A program made the position numbers and the translations under genes. 49,072 nucleotides of DNA. Origin: Patescibacteria group bacterium (lineage in GTDB: Bacteria; Patescibacteriota; JABMPQ01; JBFLZX01). This document shows, piece after piece, positions 31,726-39,248 of the stretch. The notes below the pieces were generated by a model. It was not told the origin of the DNA, did not search any database, and was given only the letters and a program-made list of their open reading frames with translations. Position 1 is the stretch's first letter. Each line of letters begins with the position of its first letter. The stretch covers positions 1-49,072 of the forward strand of contig JBFLZX010000002.1 in NCBI GenBank assembly GCA_040756075.1, in the 5' to 3' direction.

Positions 31726-32682
31726 ATGGAAGACATTATCCAACCATCAAAAATTTTTACTAAAGATGAAAAAGGAAATGAAGCAACAATTATTATTGAA
31801 CCTTGTTATCCTGGTTATGGATCAACGCTGGGGAATGCTTTGCGCCGTGTTTTGCTTTCTTCACTTCCGGGTTGCGCAGTTTCTCAAATTAAAATCAAGG
31901 GAGTGGACCATGAATTTTCTACAGTTTCTTTTATTAAAGAAGATGTGATAGAAATAATTTTGAACTTAAAAAGATTGCGTTTAAAAATATTTCACGATGA
32001 GCCAGTAAGACTGAAGCTGCAAAGCGAGGGCGAGAAAATAATTCGCGCCTCGGATATTAAAAAAGATGCCGCAGTATCCATTATTAATCCCGAACTTGTA
32101 ATTGCTCATGCAACCGACAAAAAAGCAAAGTTGGAAATAGAAATTATTGTTGAGAAAGGACGAGGTTATGTGCCAGTTGAACAAAAAAATTCTAAAGATT
32201 TAGAAATTGGGATGATAAATGTTGATTCTATTTTTACCTCAGTAGTTTCAGTTGGCTACGAAGTAGAAAATATGCGCGTAGGGAAACGAATAGATTTTGA
32301 TCGCCTGATAATGAAAATAAAGACCGACGGGTCAATTACGCCTCTTGAAGCATTTATTCAGGCAGCAAAGATTTTACAAAAACAATTTATAGTTTTGTCA
32401 GAGCCAGAAAAATTAAAAGAAAAAGCAAAAGAGATAGAAGAAATTAAAAAAGAAGAAAAGACGGAAGTAAAGTTGCCCGTCGGAATTGGAGAGGTTTCGC
32501 TTGGTGAATTAAACTTTTCAACAAGAACATTCAATGCCTTAGCGAGAGCAAAAATTCAAACCCTAGTTGATGTGGCGTCAAAATCAGAAAAGGAACTTCT
32601 CAAGCTGACTGGATTTGGTCAGACCGCACTTTCCGAAGTAAAGCGCGCTTTAAAAAAATATAATGTTGAGCTAAAACCATAA
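31726..32682 (+). CDS. rpoA: DNA-directed RNA polymerase alpha subunit
   Basis: IEPCYPGYGSTLGNALRRVLLSSLPG in the N-terminal domain, and the C-terminal domain L.ELNFSTRTFNALARAKIQTLVDV. 318 aa. Confidence 0.95.
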   Translation: MEDIIQPSKIFTKDEKGNEATIIIEPCYPGYGSTLGNALRRVLLSSLPGCAVSQIKIKGVDHEFSTVSFIKEDVIEIILNLKRLRLKIFHDEPVRLKLQSEGEKIIRASDIKKDAAVSIINPELVIAHATDKKAKLEIEIIVEKGRGYVPVEQKNSKDLEIGMINVDSIFTSVVSVGYEVENMRVGKRIDFDRLIMKIKTDGSITPLEAFIQAAKILQKQFIVLSEPEKLKEKAKEIEEIKKEEKTEVKLPVGIGEVSLGELNFSTRTFNALARAKIQTLVDVASKSEKELLKLTGFGQTALSEVKRALKKYNVELKP

Positions 32683-32754
32683 ATTGCAAAACATGTAACG
32701 CGTAATTTATAACTCAAGAATTGAAACTTGCGTTACAAGTTACAAGTTACACAA
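32683..32754 (+). repeat. TTACAAG-family hairpin element, copy 4 (upstream of rplQ)
   Basis: attgcaaaacatgtaacgcgtaatttataactcaagaattgaaacttgcgttacaagttacaagttacaca. Confidence 0.8.
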
Positions 32755-32757
32755 TTA

Positions 32758-33108
32758 ATGCGGCATCGAAAAAAAGGAAAAAAATTAGGAAGAAAAAAAG
32801 ATCAAAGGCGATTGCTTTGTAAAAACTTAGCCGCAGATTTGATATTGAAAGAGAAAATTAAAACAACTGAAGCAAAAGCAAAATTTGCTCGTCCGTATCT
32901 TGAGAAACTGATTACTATTGCAAAAAAAAAGAATTTATTTGTAAAACAACGTTTGCATAGCTTATTGTCTAATAAAAAAGCAGAAAAAAAGCTGTTAACT
33001 GTCATTGCGCCGAAATATAAAGAAAGGAAAGGGGGTTATACGAGAATTTTAAAATTAAAAGAAAGGAAAGGAGATGGAGCGCAGATTGCGCTATTGGAAC
33101 TTGTGTAA
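32758..33108 (+). CDS. rplQ: ribosomal protein L17
   Basis: MRHRKKGKKLGRKKDQRRLL...GGYTRILKL..RKGDGA matches the L17 pattern. ATG 32758 is preferred over the upstream start in the repeat. Confidence 0.92.
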   Translation: MRHRKKGKKLGRKKDQRRLLCKNLAADLILKEKIKTTEAKAKFARPYLEKLITIAKKKNLFVKQRLHSLLSNKKAEKKLLTVIAPKYKERKGGYTRILKLKERKGDGAQIALLELV

Positions 33109-33260
33109 ATCGCTAATTTACACGAATTTTCTTGGCAACTTTTATTTTTGAAATAGATTCGTAGTAGATGCCTTAAACACTCCTATTCGTCGTGTTTAAC
33201 TTTAATTTCTGCGAATATTATTCGTGAATATTCGAGGTAAATTAGCGTAGATTAGCGATT
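33109..33260. repeat. palindromic intergenic element (GCTAAT/CGAATA units)
   Basis: atcgctaatttacacgaatttt... mirrors ...attcgaggtaaattagcgtagattagcgat. Confidence 0.65.
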
Positions 33261-33728
33261 ATGAAATTACATATCCCAAAAACCCACTTACCAAAGGCAA
33301 AAGAAATCAAACGCGCCTGGCATCTGCTGGATGCAAAAGACATTTCGTTGGGCAGGCTGGCAAGCAAGGCGGCCTTTTTGCTTATTGGAAAGCATAGGCG
33401 CGACTACACCTCACATCTTGATTTAGGTGATTTTGTTGTTGTTATAAATGCAAAAAAAATAAAAATTACGGGCAATAAATTAGAAGGCAAAATTTATCAT
33501 CGTTATACCGGATATCTTGGTCATCTTAAGAATATTAAATTACAGGAAAAATTTGAAAAAGATCCCCAATGGGTTATTAAGAAAGCAGTAAAAGGAATGA
33601 TTCCGGCAAATCGTCTGCGGCCGCAGCGACTTTGCAGATTAAAAGTATTCGTTGATGAAAAGCACCCCTATATTAATAAATTCCAAATTTCAAATCATAA
33701 ATCCCAAATAAATTCAAAATTCAAATGA
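33261..33728 (+). CDS. rplM: ribosomal protein L13 with a repeat-derived C-terminal tail
   Basis: WHLLDAKDISLGRLASKAAFLLIGKHR..YT...D.GD.VVVINA.KI..TG.K...K.YY.H.TGY.G matches the L13 pattern. The last ~17 aa (NKFQISNHKSQINSKFK) are translated repeat. Confidence 0.92.
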   Translation: MKLHIPKTHLPKAKEIKRAWHLLDAKDISLGRLASKAAFLLIGKHRRDYTSHLDLGDFVVVINAKKIKITGNKLEGKIYHRYTGYLGHLKNIKLQEKFEKDPQWVIKKAVKGMIPANRLRPQRLCRLKVFVDEKHPYINKFQISNHKSQINSKFK

Positions 33729-33815
33729 CTTAAATTCAAAACAGTTTTGAATTTTGAATTTTGAGCATTTAATATTGTTTAGTATTTCGTGCTTAGAATT
33801 TAGAATTTATTTAGT
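33675..33815. repeat. AAATTCAAA-family palindromic element overlapping the rplM 3' end
   Basis: aataaattccaaatttcaaatcataaatcccaaataaattcaaaattcaaatgac mirrors gttttgaattttgaattttgagcattt...cttagaatttagaatttattt. Confidence 0.75.
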
Positions 33816-33816
33816 T

Positions 33817-34398
33817 ATGCCTAAAACTAGCAGAAAAAATACATCAAAAAAAATAACCAGCAAGAAAAAGGCCGACACAGCGCCTAAAAAGCGGATTTTG
33901 CGAAAGGCGAAAGCTTTTGGTTTGAAAAAAGAGGTAAAAATAGAAAAAAAATTGGAAGCAAAAAAACCAGAATTTAAAAAGAAAATTTCTGCGCCAAGGC
34001 CGCAATTTATCCGGAAGTTTGTTTCGGCTTTGGGCAGACGCAAGGAAGCAACGGCAAGGGCGAAACTTTCAACTGGTAGCGGAAAAATTATTATAAATAA
34101 TAAAGAATTAAAAGAATATTTTCCAATTTTTGAACATCAACAGATTGTTGAAAGTCCACTTGCAGTAGTTGGACAGCGGGATAAATGTGATCTTCAGATA
34201 AAAATTGAAGGCGGGGGAAAAGGGGGGCAGGCGGAAGCGGCGCGGTTGGCAATTTCCCGCTGCTTAAAAATACGCAATATTATGTTTCGCGTCCCTTTAA
34301 AAAAAGCAGGATTTTTAACTCGTGACGCCCGGGAAAAAGAAAGAAAAAAATATGGACTCAAAGGAGCCAGGCGCGCTCCGCAGTGGGCAAAGAGGTAG
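33817..34398 (+). CDS. rpsI: ribosomal protein S9 with a ~65-aa Lys-rich N-terminal extension
   Basis: The C-terminal ~130 aa (GRRKEATARAKL..GSGKIIINNK...GGG..GQAEAARLAISR.L....LK.AGFLTRDAREKERKKYG...ARRAPQWAKR) match the S9 pattern. ATG 33817 is preferred over the repeat-derived upstream start. Confidence 0.9.
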   Translation: MPKTSRKNTSKKITSKKKADTAPKKRILRKAKAFGLKKEVKIEKKLEAKKPEFKKKISAPRPQFIRKFVSALGRRKEATARAKLSTGSGKIIINNKELKEYFPIFEHQQIVESPLAVVGQRDKCDLQIKIEGGGKGGQAEAARLAISRCLKIRNIMFRVPLKKAGFLTRDAREKERKKYGLKGARRAPQWAKR

Positions 34399-34437
34399 GG
34401 TTATGTATAGATAAAACATTATGAATTCACATTATTT

Positions 34438-34575
34438 GTCATTCTGAGGCCGAAAGCCTTTTGAGGCCGAAGAATCTCTCACGCCTGCCTGCCGGCAGAC
34501 AGGAATGCGAGATTTCCATATTTATGGGAGATTCTTCATTTTGTTTCGAAAAATCAGGACTTTGTTCAGAATGAC
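34438..34575. mobile_element. 138-nt MITE-like element with GTCATTCTGA / TCAGAATGAC termini
   Basis: Perfect 10-bp inverted termini (34438-34447 and 34566-34575). The interior holds hairpins (ggccgaaagcc, ctgcctgccggcagacag, gagaatctc-type). It lies between the convergent rpsI and the minus-strand gene. Confidence 0.6.
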
Positions 34576-34628
34576 GGCTATTAAAAGTTTAGTGCGATTT
34601 CATAGTGCGATGTCTATATTTGAACTTT

Positions 34629-36047
34629 TCACTTTTCTCTAATTTCCACTGCTTTTAAATTTCTTGAGTCTTCATCAATATAGTAAATTTGTGTTTTGTT
34701 TTTATTGAAGAAAATTTTATCCTGATATGGATTTGCTTTTATTTCATAGGTATTTTGTTTATCGCGCCCATCAAGCTCAATGATTTTTATTGCCTTATTT
34801 TCTTGGATAAAAGCAATATGCTCTTCGTCGAAAAAAAGAGCATTTTTTATTTCTAAAGACAGGCGGGTAATTAAATTTGGCACATTTGATTTATATCCCA
34901 GTCTAAAAATTTCTTCTTTTTGGATATTATAAAACCAAATTTCGTGATCGCCAAAATATAAAAGTTTGTTTCCTCGCTGCGACCAGAGAAAATCTTTAAT
35001 GCTATTTTGAGCAATAATTTTCTGTTTCCCGCCATTATAAAGATAAAGTCGGCCGCGATCACGATCTAGATAAGCAAGATATCCTTGAGAACTTATTTTC
35101 AAAATCATATTGTCAGCCTTTTGGATTTTGTTTAGAATTTTTGTTTTGGGATGATTTTTTCGATTTCCTCTCCCGAGTTCATTTAAGAGAACATTATTTT
35201 TTTTGCTATTTTTTGCTAAATAAAAAATTTTCGAAGATGATGTTTCATAATCTAAAATATCAGCCGCAACAATAATTGGCGAAGTATTTTTTGCCCTTAA
35301 ATCTATTTGAAAAAGACCAGCCTCGTTTGTAAAATATACTTTTTCACTGTTGTCATAATCCCATTTTACATTTTCGATTTTTGATGAAGTAAAATCCGAC
35401 AAATAAGTTGTTTTATTATCAGTTAAATTTAAAATAAAATAACCGTAAGGCAAAAGATGGAGAAGATTTTTTTGATTATTGGGCGAGAGACTAAAAGCAT
35501 CTAATTTAGAATTTGCAAAATTGCTTAGTCTTTTTAAATCTTCGGCTTGAGGAAAGATTTTTATATTTTTATTTTTTTCATTTAGCGTTAACTGCCAAAT
35601 TCCTTTATCATCGCCTGTTTCAACAAAATAGAATAATTTATCCGAGTTTGAAGTTAAAATAAAATCAGATAATGTATGGGTTGTAAGGTTTTCTGTTTTC
35701 GGTATTTCATAAAATAAAGTAATATAACTTGCCCAGGTTGTTTGGCGGGAGATAATTGGCAGTTTTTTTTCCCAAAAAATGTAATTGTCTTTTGCGATCT
35801 TTATTTTATAATCGCCAGGGAGAAGATTTTTAATTTTTGCCGGTGTTTTTTGGGAAATTTGTTTGTCGTTTAAAAATATTTCTGCATTTTTCGGTGTTGA
35901 TTCTAAAATTAGCACGCCAGTTTGTTTAATTGATTTTGTGGCTAAATCTAAACGATATCCTATTGCATAAAGAGAAATAGCTGGAGCAATAACAAGAAAA
36001 CAAAAAATGGCGGCAGAAAGCAAAATTTTACGAGAAAAAGGTTTCAT
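34629..36047 (-). CDS. membrane-anchored PEGA-domain protein with PD40-like beta-propeller region
   Basis: N-terminal TM helix, then GVLILESTPKNAEIFLNDKQISQKTPAKIKNLLPGDYKIKIAKDNY (PEGA pattern), then propeller-like repeats. This is the only confident minus-strand gene in the window. Confidence 0.8.
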   Translation of the reverse strand: MKPFSRKILLSAAIFCFLVIAPAISLYAIGYRLDLATKSIKQTGVLILESTPKNAEIFLNDKQISQKTPAKIKNLLPGDYKIKIAKDNYIFWEKKLPIISRQTTWASYITLFYEIPKTENLTTHTLSDFILTSNSDKLFYFVETGDDKGIWQLTLNEKNKNIKIFPQAEDLKRLSNFANSKLDAFSLSPNNQKNLLHLLPYGYFILNLTDNKTTYLSDFTSSKIENVKWDYDNSEKVYFTNEAGLFQIDLRAKNTSPIIVAADILDYETSSSKIFYLAKNSKKNNVLLNELGRGNRKNHPKTKILNKIQKADNMILKISSQGYLAYLDRDRGRLYLYNGGKQKIIAQNSIKDFLWSQRGNKLLYFGDHEIWFYNIQKEEIFRLGYKSNVPNLITRLSLEIKNALFFDEEHIAFIQENKAIKIIELDGRDKQNTYEIKANPYQDKIFFNKNKTQIYYIDEDSRNLKAVEIREK

Positions 36048-36100
36048 AGTATTTTATGATTTTACAACCTTACTGATAAATTTACCATTTTAATTGAGTA

Positions 36101-36128
36101 TTGACAAGTTTAAAAAATAGAGTAAAAT
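36101..36128 (+). promoter_or_regulatory. sigma-70-like promoter
   Basis: TTGACA (36101-36106), 16-nt spacer, TAAAAT (36123-36128). A strong SD (aaaggagg) precedes ATG 36162. Confidence 0.55.
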
Positions 36129-36161
36129 TACAATAGAAGTATTTTTTAAAAGGAGGAAAAA

Positions 36162-36542
36162 ATGAAAATTAAGGTATACCAAAAAATCGCAACGTTTTTT
36201 TGTATAACTCTTATCCTGTCAATTTTAATTATTTTTATCATTGGTATGGTTGCCCTATTTTTAGAAGTGATAGGAGTTAATTATCATAAATCATATTTAT
36301 TTTGGAGTATTGTTTTTTGCCTTTTCGGTATATTTTTGTTTTCCTTATGTGGCGCGGGCTTATTACTTGAGATTACGGCAAGGAAATTTAAAAAAATGAG
36401 CATTTGTCCGCGGTGTGAGGGTAAAAATGTTGCTAGATGTCCGGCTTGCAGTGGAACAGGAAAATATATGCCAGAAGTTTATAATAGATGGAAAGAAGAG
36501 CAGTCAGCAAGAGAAGAGATACTGGGGCATTATGATTATTGA
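36162..36542 (+). CDS. small membrane protein with a C-terminal DnaJ-type CxxCxGxG zinc-finger-like motif
   Basis: Two or three TM helices, then CPRCEGKNVARCPACSGTGKY. A strong SD is present. Confidence 0.6.
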   Translation: MKIKVYQKIATFFCITLILSILIIFIIGMVALFLEVIGVNYHKSYLFWSIVFCLFGIFLFSLCGAGLLLEITARKFKKMSICPRCEGKNVARCPACSGTGKYMPEVYNRWKEEQSAREEILGHYDY

Positions 36543-36633
36543 TTATTATAGGGAGTTGTTGTCAATTTACAACGGTCGTGTAAAAATGACAACGGATTAT
36601 TTTTTAATTTACTGTTAAGTCATTTTCAAATTT

Positions 36634-36658
36634 AATTCCGAATCTTCGGGATTTTTTT
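36634..36658 (+). terminator. rho-independent terminator
   Basis: AATTCCGA-atct-TCGGGATT (one G-U pair), followed by TTTTT. Confidence 0.7.
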
Positions 36659-36684
36659 GTCATTTTTTCGCTATCTGTAGCCAT

Positions 36685-36712
36685 TTGCAATCTTTTAAAA
36701 ATAGAGTATAAT
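36685..36712 (+). promoter_or_regulatory. sigma-70-like promoter upstream of murA
   Basis: TTGCAA (36685-36690), 16-nt spacer, TATAAT (36707-36712). The spacer plus -10 (ttttaaaaatagagTATAAT) nearly repeats the promoter at 36101. Confidence 0.55.
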
Positions 36713-36773
36713 AAAAACCATAAGTAAAATTGATTCTAACCTCCAAACTCCAATTTCTCTAACTTCTAATTTT

Positions 36774-38033
36774 ATGGACAAATTCATCATTCAAGGTCAA
36801 AATACGCTTTCCGGAGAAATAAAAGTCGCGGGCGCGAAAAATGCCGCCCTTAAAATTTTGGCGGCAACTTTACTTTCAGATCAGGAATGGCATTTTAAAA
36901 ATGTGCCGGATATTACTGATATTTGGATTATGATAGAACTGTTGAAAGATTTAGGCGTAAAGATAGAGAAGATAAATAAAAATGAATATAAAATTCAGGC
37001 AAAAAATATTTGCAAAAATGAATTAGATCCTAAATTGGTTCACAAACTGAGGTCATCTGTGGTTTTACTTGGTCCGCTTTTGTCGCGCTGCGGAGAAGTT
37101 AAATTTCCTCATCCAGGCGGATGTGTAATTGGCAGAAGACCAATTGATATTTTTTTGGATAATTTTAAAAATGCCGGCGCCGAGATTGAAGTAAAAAACA
37201 GATATTATCATATTAAAGCCAAAAGACTGCGCGGGGCAAAATTTGTTTTTCCTTGGATTTCTCACACCGCGACAGAAAGCGCGATTTCGCAAGCAGTTTT
37301 AGCAAAAGGAAAAACAATATTAATTAATGCCGCTTGCGAACCAGAGGTTGAATTTTTAGCAAAATCATTGATAAAATGCGGAGCAAAAATAAAAGGCGCA
37401 GGCACGCCATATATTGAAATTGAAGGAGTAGATAAAATTTCTGGCGGAGAATTTGACATTATTCCAGATAGAATTGAAACTGGCACTTTCGCAATTTTAG
37501 GGGCGCTGACAGGAGATCCAATTAAAATTACAAACTGTGATACTTCGCATTTGGATGTTTTTTGGAAAATGCTTATAAAAGCGGGCGCAAAATTTGACAT
37601 TGGCAAAAATTTTGTTAATATTAAAAAATCAAAAAATTTATTTGCTTGTGAAATTCGAACTCATGAATATCCGGGATTTGCTACTGATTTACAGCCGCCA
37701 TTTACCGTTTTGATGACACAATGCTACGGGATGAGTTTGATGCATGAAACAATTTATGAAGGGAGATTGCTTTACACTGATATTTTAAATAGAATGGGAG
37801 CAAAAATTATAATGTGCGATCCGCATCGTGTTGTAGTTTCTGGTTCAACCAAATTATACGGCGCAAAAATTGAAAGCCCGGATTTGCGCGCCGGAATTGC
37901 TTTGTTGATTGCGGCGTTAATTGCTGAAGGAAAAAGTGAAATTGAAAATATTTATCAGATTGACCGGGGCTACGAGGATATTGAGGGAAGATTGAAACAG
38001 CTTGGAGCGAAGATTGAACGGGTTAAGGAATAA
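36774..38033 (+). CDS. murA: UDP-N-acetylglucosamine 1-carboxyvinyltransferase
   Basis: MDKFIIQGQNTLSGEIKVAGAKNAALKILAA, GGCVIGRRPID (active-site Cys loop) and ...IYQIDRGYEDIEGRLKQLGAKIERV. 419 aa. Confidence 0.95.
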   Translation: MDKFIIQGQNTLSGEIKVAGAKNAALKILAATLLSDQEWHFKNVPDITDIWIMIELLKDLGVKIEKINKNEYKIQAKNICKNELDPKLVHKLRSSVVLLGPLLSRCGEVKFPHPGGCVIGRRPIDIFLDNFKNAGAEIEVKNRYYHIKAKRLRGAKFVFPWISHTATESAISQAVLAKGKTILINAACEPEVEFLAKSLIKCGAKIKGAGTPYIEIEGVDKISGGEFDIIPDRIETGTFAILGALTGDPIKITNCDTSHLDVFWKMLIKAGAKFDIGKNFVNIKKSKNLFACEIRTHEYPGFATDLQPPFTVLMTQCYGMSLMHETIYEGRLLYTDILNRMGAKIIMCDPHRVVVSGSTKLYGAKIESPDLRAGIALLIAALIAEGKSEIENIYQIDRGYEDIEGRLKQLGAKIERVKE

Positions 38034-38125
38034 ATTAAAATTTTAAATTTTAAACGAAATTCAAAATTCAAATGTTTAAAAATTTAGTCATTTAAAATTG
38101 ATTAAAAATTTAAAATTAAAAATTC
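38034..38125. repeat. low-complexity AAATTTTAAA/AAATTCAAA intergenic element
   Basis: attaaaattttaaattttaaacgaaattcaaaattcaaatgtttaaaaatttagtcatttaaaattgattaaaaatttaaaattaaaaatt. Confidence 0.6.
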
Positions 38126-38131
38126 TTGATC

Positions 38132-39139
38132 ATGTTTATCAATAAAGTCGGCATAGACTTAGGAACAGCAAATACTTTAGTCTATGTCCCTAAAAAAGGA
38201 ATAGTTATTAATGAACCTTCAGTAGTGGCTATTTCTTTAGATGACCAGTCAATTTTAGCAGTGGGCAATGAAGCAAAAGAAATGCTGGGCCGCACTCCAG
38301 ATACAATTGTTGCTTCTCGTCCAATGCGCGACGGGGTAATTGCTGATTATCGCATTACCGAAGCAATGCTGCGCTATTTTATTACTAAAGCAATTGGCAA
38401 TATCAGATTTTTTCGACCAGAAGTAATGGTTTCCGTGCCAGCGGGCATAACTTCAACAGAACGACGGGCAGTTATTGACGCAACAATGCAAGCCGGAGCA
38501 AAAGCCGCTTATATTATCAAAGAGCCAGTGGCGGCGGCAATTGGCGCCGGTATTCCGATTGCCCAATCTTCCGGCAATATGGTAATTGATATTGGCGGCG
38601 GGACAACAGAAGTTGCGGTTATATCTCTTGGCGGAATTGTTTCTTGTCATTCTGTTCGCGTGGCGGGCAATAAACTTGATGTTGCAATTTCAGAATACAT
38701 TCGTAAAAGGCATGGATTGGCAATTGGCGAGCGGACAGCAGAAGAAATTAAAATCCGAATTGGAACAGCAATGCCAGTGGAAAGAGAAGAAGAAATGGAA
38801 ATCCGAGGCAGAGATATTTTGCGCGGTTTGCCAAAGACAATTAAAATTGCCTCTAATGAAATATGCGAAGCAATTCAGGAAGAATTACGGGAAATAATTC
38901 AGACTGTAAAATTAGTTTTGCAGGATACTCCGCCGGAACTTTCCGCTGATGTAATTGATAAAGGGATGGTAATGACTGGCGGCGGCGCTCTTTTGCGCCG
39001 TTTAGATAAGTTATTAACTCAAGCAATCGGCGTGCCTTGCTATGTTGCGGAAGATCCTTTGTTTTGTGTTGTAAGAGGAACAGGGATTGCTTTGGAAAAT
39101 TTGGATTCGTATAAACGGAGCATTCTTTCGACAAAATAA
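38132..39139 (+). CDS. mreB: rod-shape protein MreB (paralog 1)
   Basis: VGIDLGTANTLVYVPKKGIVINEPSVVA, MVIDIGGGTTEVAVISLGG and GMVMTGGGALLRRLDKLL are actin-fold motifs of MreB. Confidence 0.92.
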   Translation: MFINKVGIDLGTANTLVYVPKKGIVINEPSVVAISLDDQSILAVGNEAKEMLGRTPDTIVASRPMRDGVIADYRITEAMLRYFITKAIGNIRFFRPEVMVSVPAGITSTERRAVIDATMQAGAKAAYIIKEPVAAAIGAGIPIAQSSGNMVIDIGGGTTEVAVISLGGIVSCHSVRVAGNKLDVAISEYIRKRHGLAIGERTAEEIKIRIGTAMPVEREEEMEIRGRDILRGLPKTIKIASNEICEAIQEELREIIQTVKLVLQDTPPELSADVIDKGMVMTGGGALLRRLDKLLTQAIGVPCYVAEDPLFCVVRGTGIALENLDSYKRSILSTK

Positions 39140-39240
39140 ATTATTTATTAATCAATTAACGAATTAACGTATTAACGAATTACAGTCAAGTTTCGTTTGA
39201 CTTTAATGCGTTAATTCGCAATTCGTTAATTGAATAATAG
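39140..39240. repeat. TTAACGAATT-family palindromic intergenic element
   Basis: caattaacgaattaacgtattaacgaatt-acagtcaagtttcgtttgacttt-aatgcgttaattcgcaattcgttaattg. Confidence 0.8.
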
Positions 39241-39248
39241 TTTAATTA

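Noticed and set aside
29727-32754. Interpreting the hairpins between ribosomal protein genes as intrinsic terminators.
   Set aside because: They lack downstream U-tracts and sit inside a conserved operon whose genes need co-expression. A terminator role is therefore unlikely, and they are reported as a finding of unknown function instead.
37262-37606. Antisense or alternative-frame ORFs inside well-supported genes. Examples are 37262-37606 and 37065-37292 in murA, 40770-41105 in holB, 10511-10801 and 12058-12423 in the FG-GAP gene, 38453-39134 in mreB, 7564-7884 in the 6843 gene, and 14496-15171 in the Asp-box gene.
   Set aside because: Each lies wholly within a gene with strong homology-type evidence on the other strand or frame, and none has a recognisable domain.
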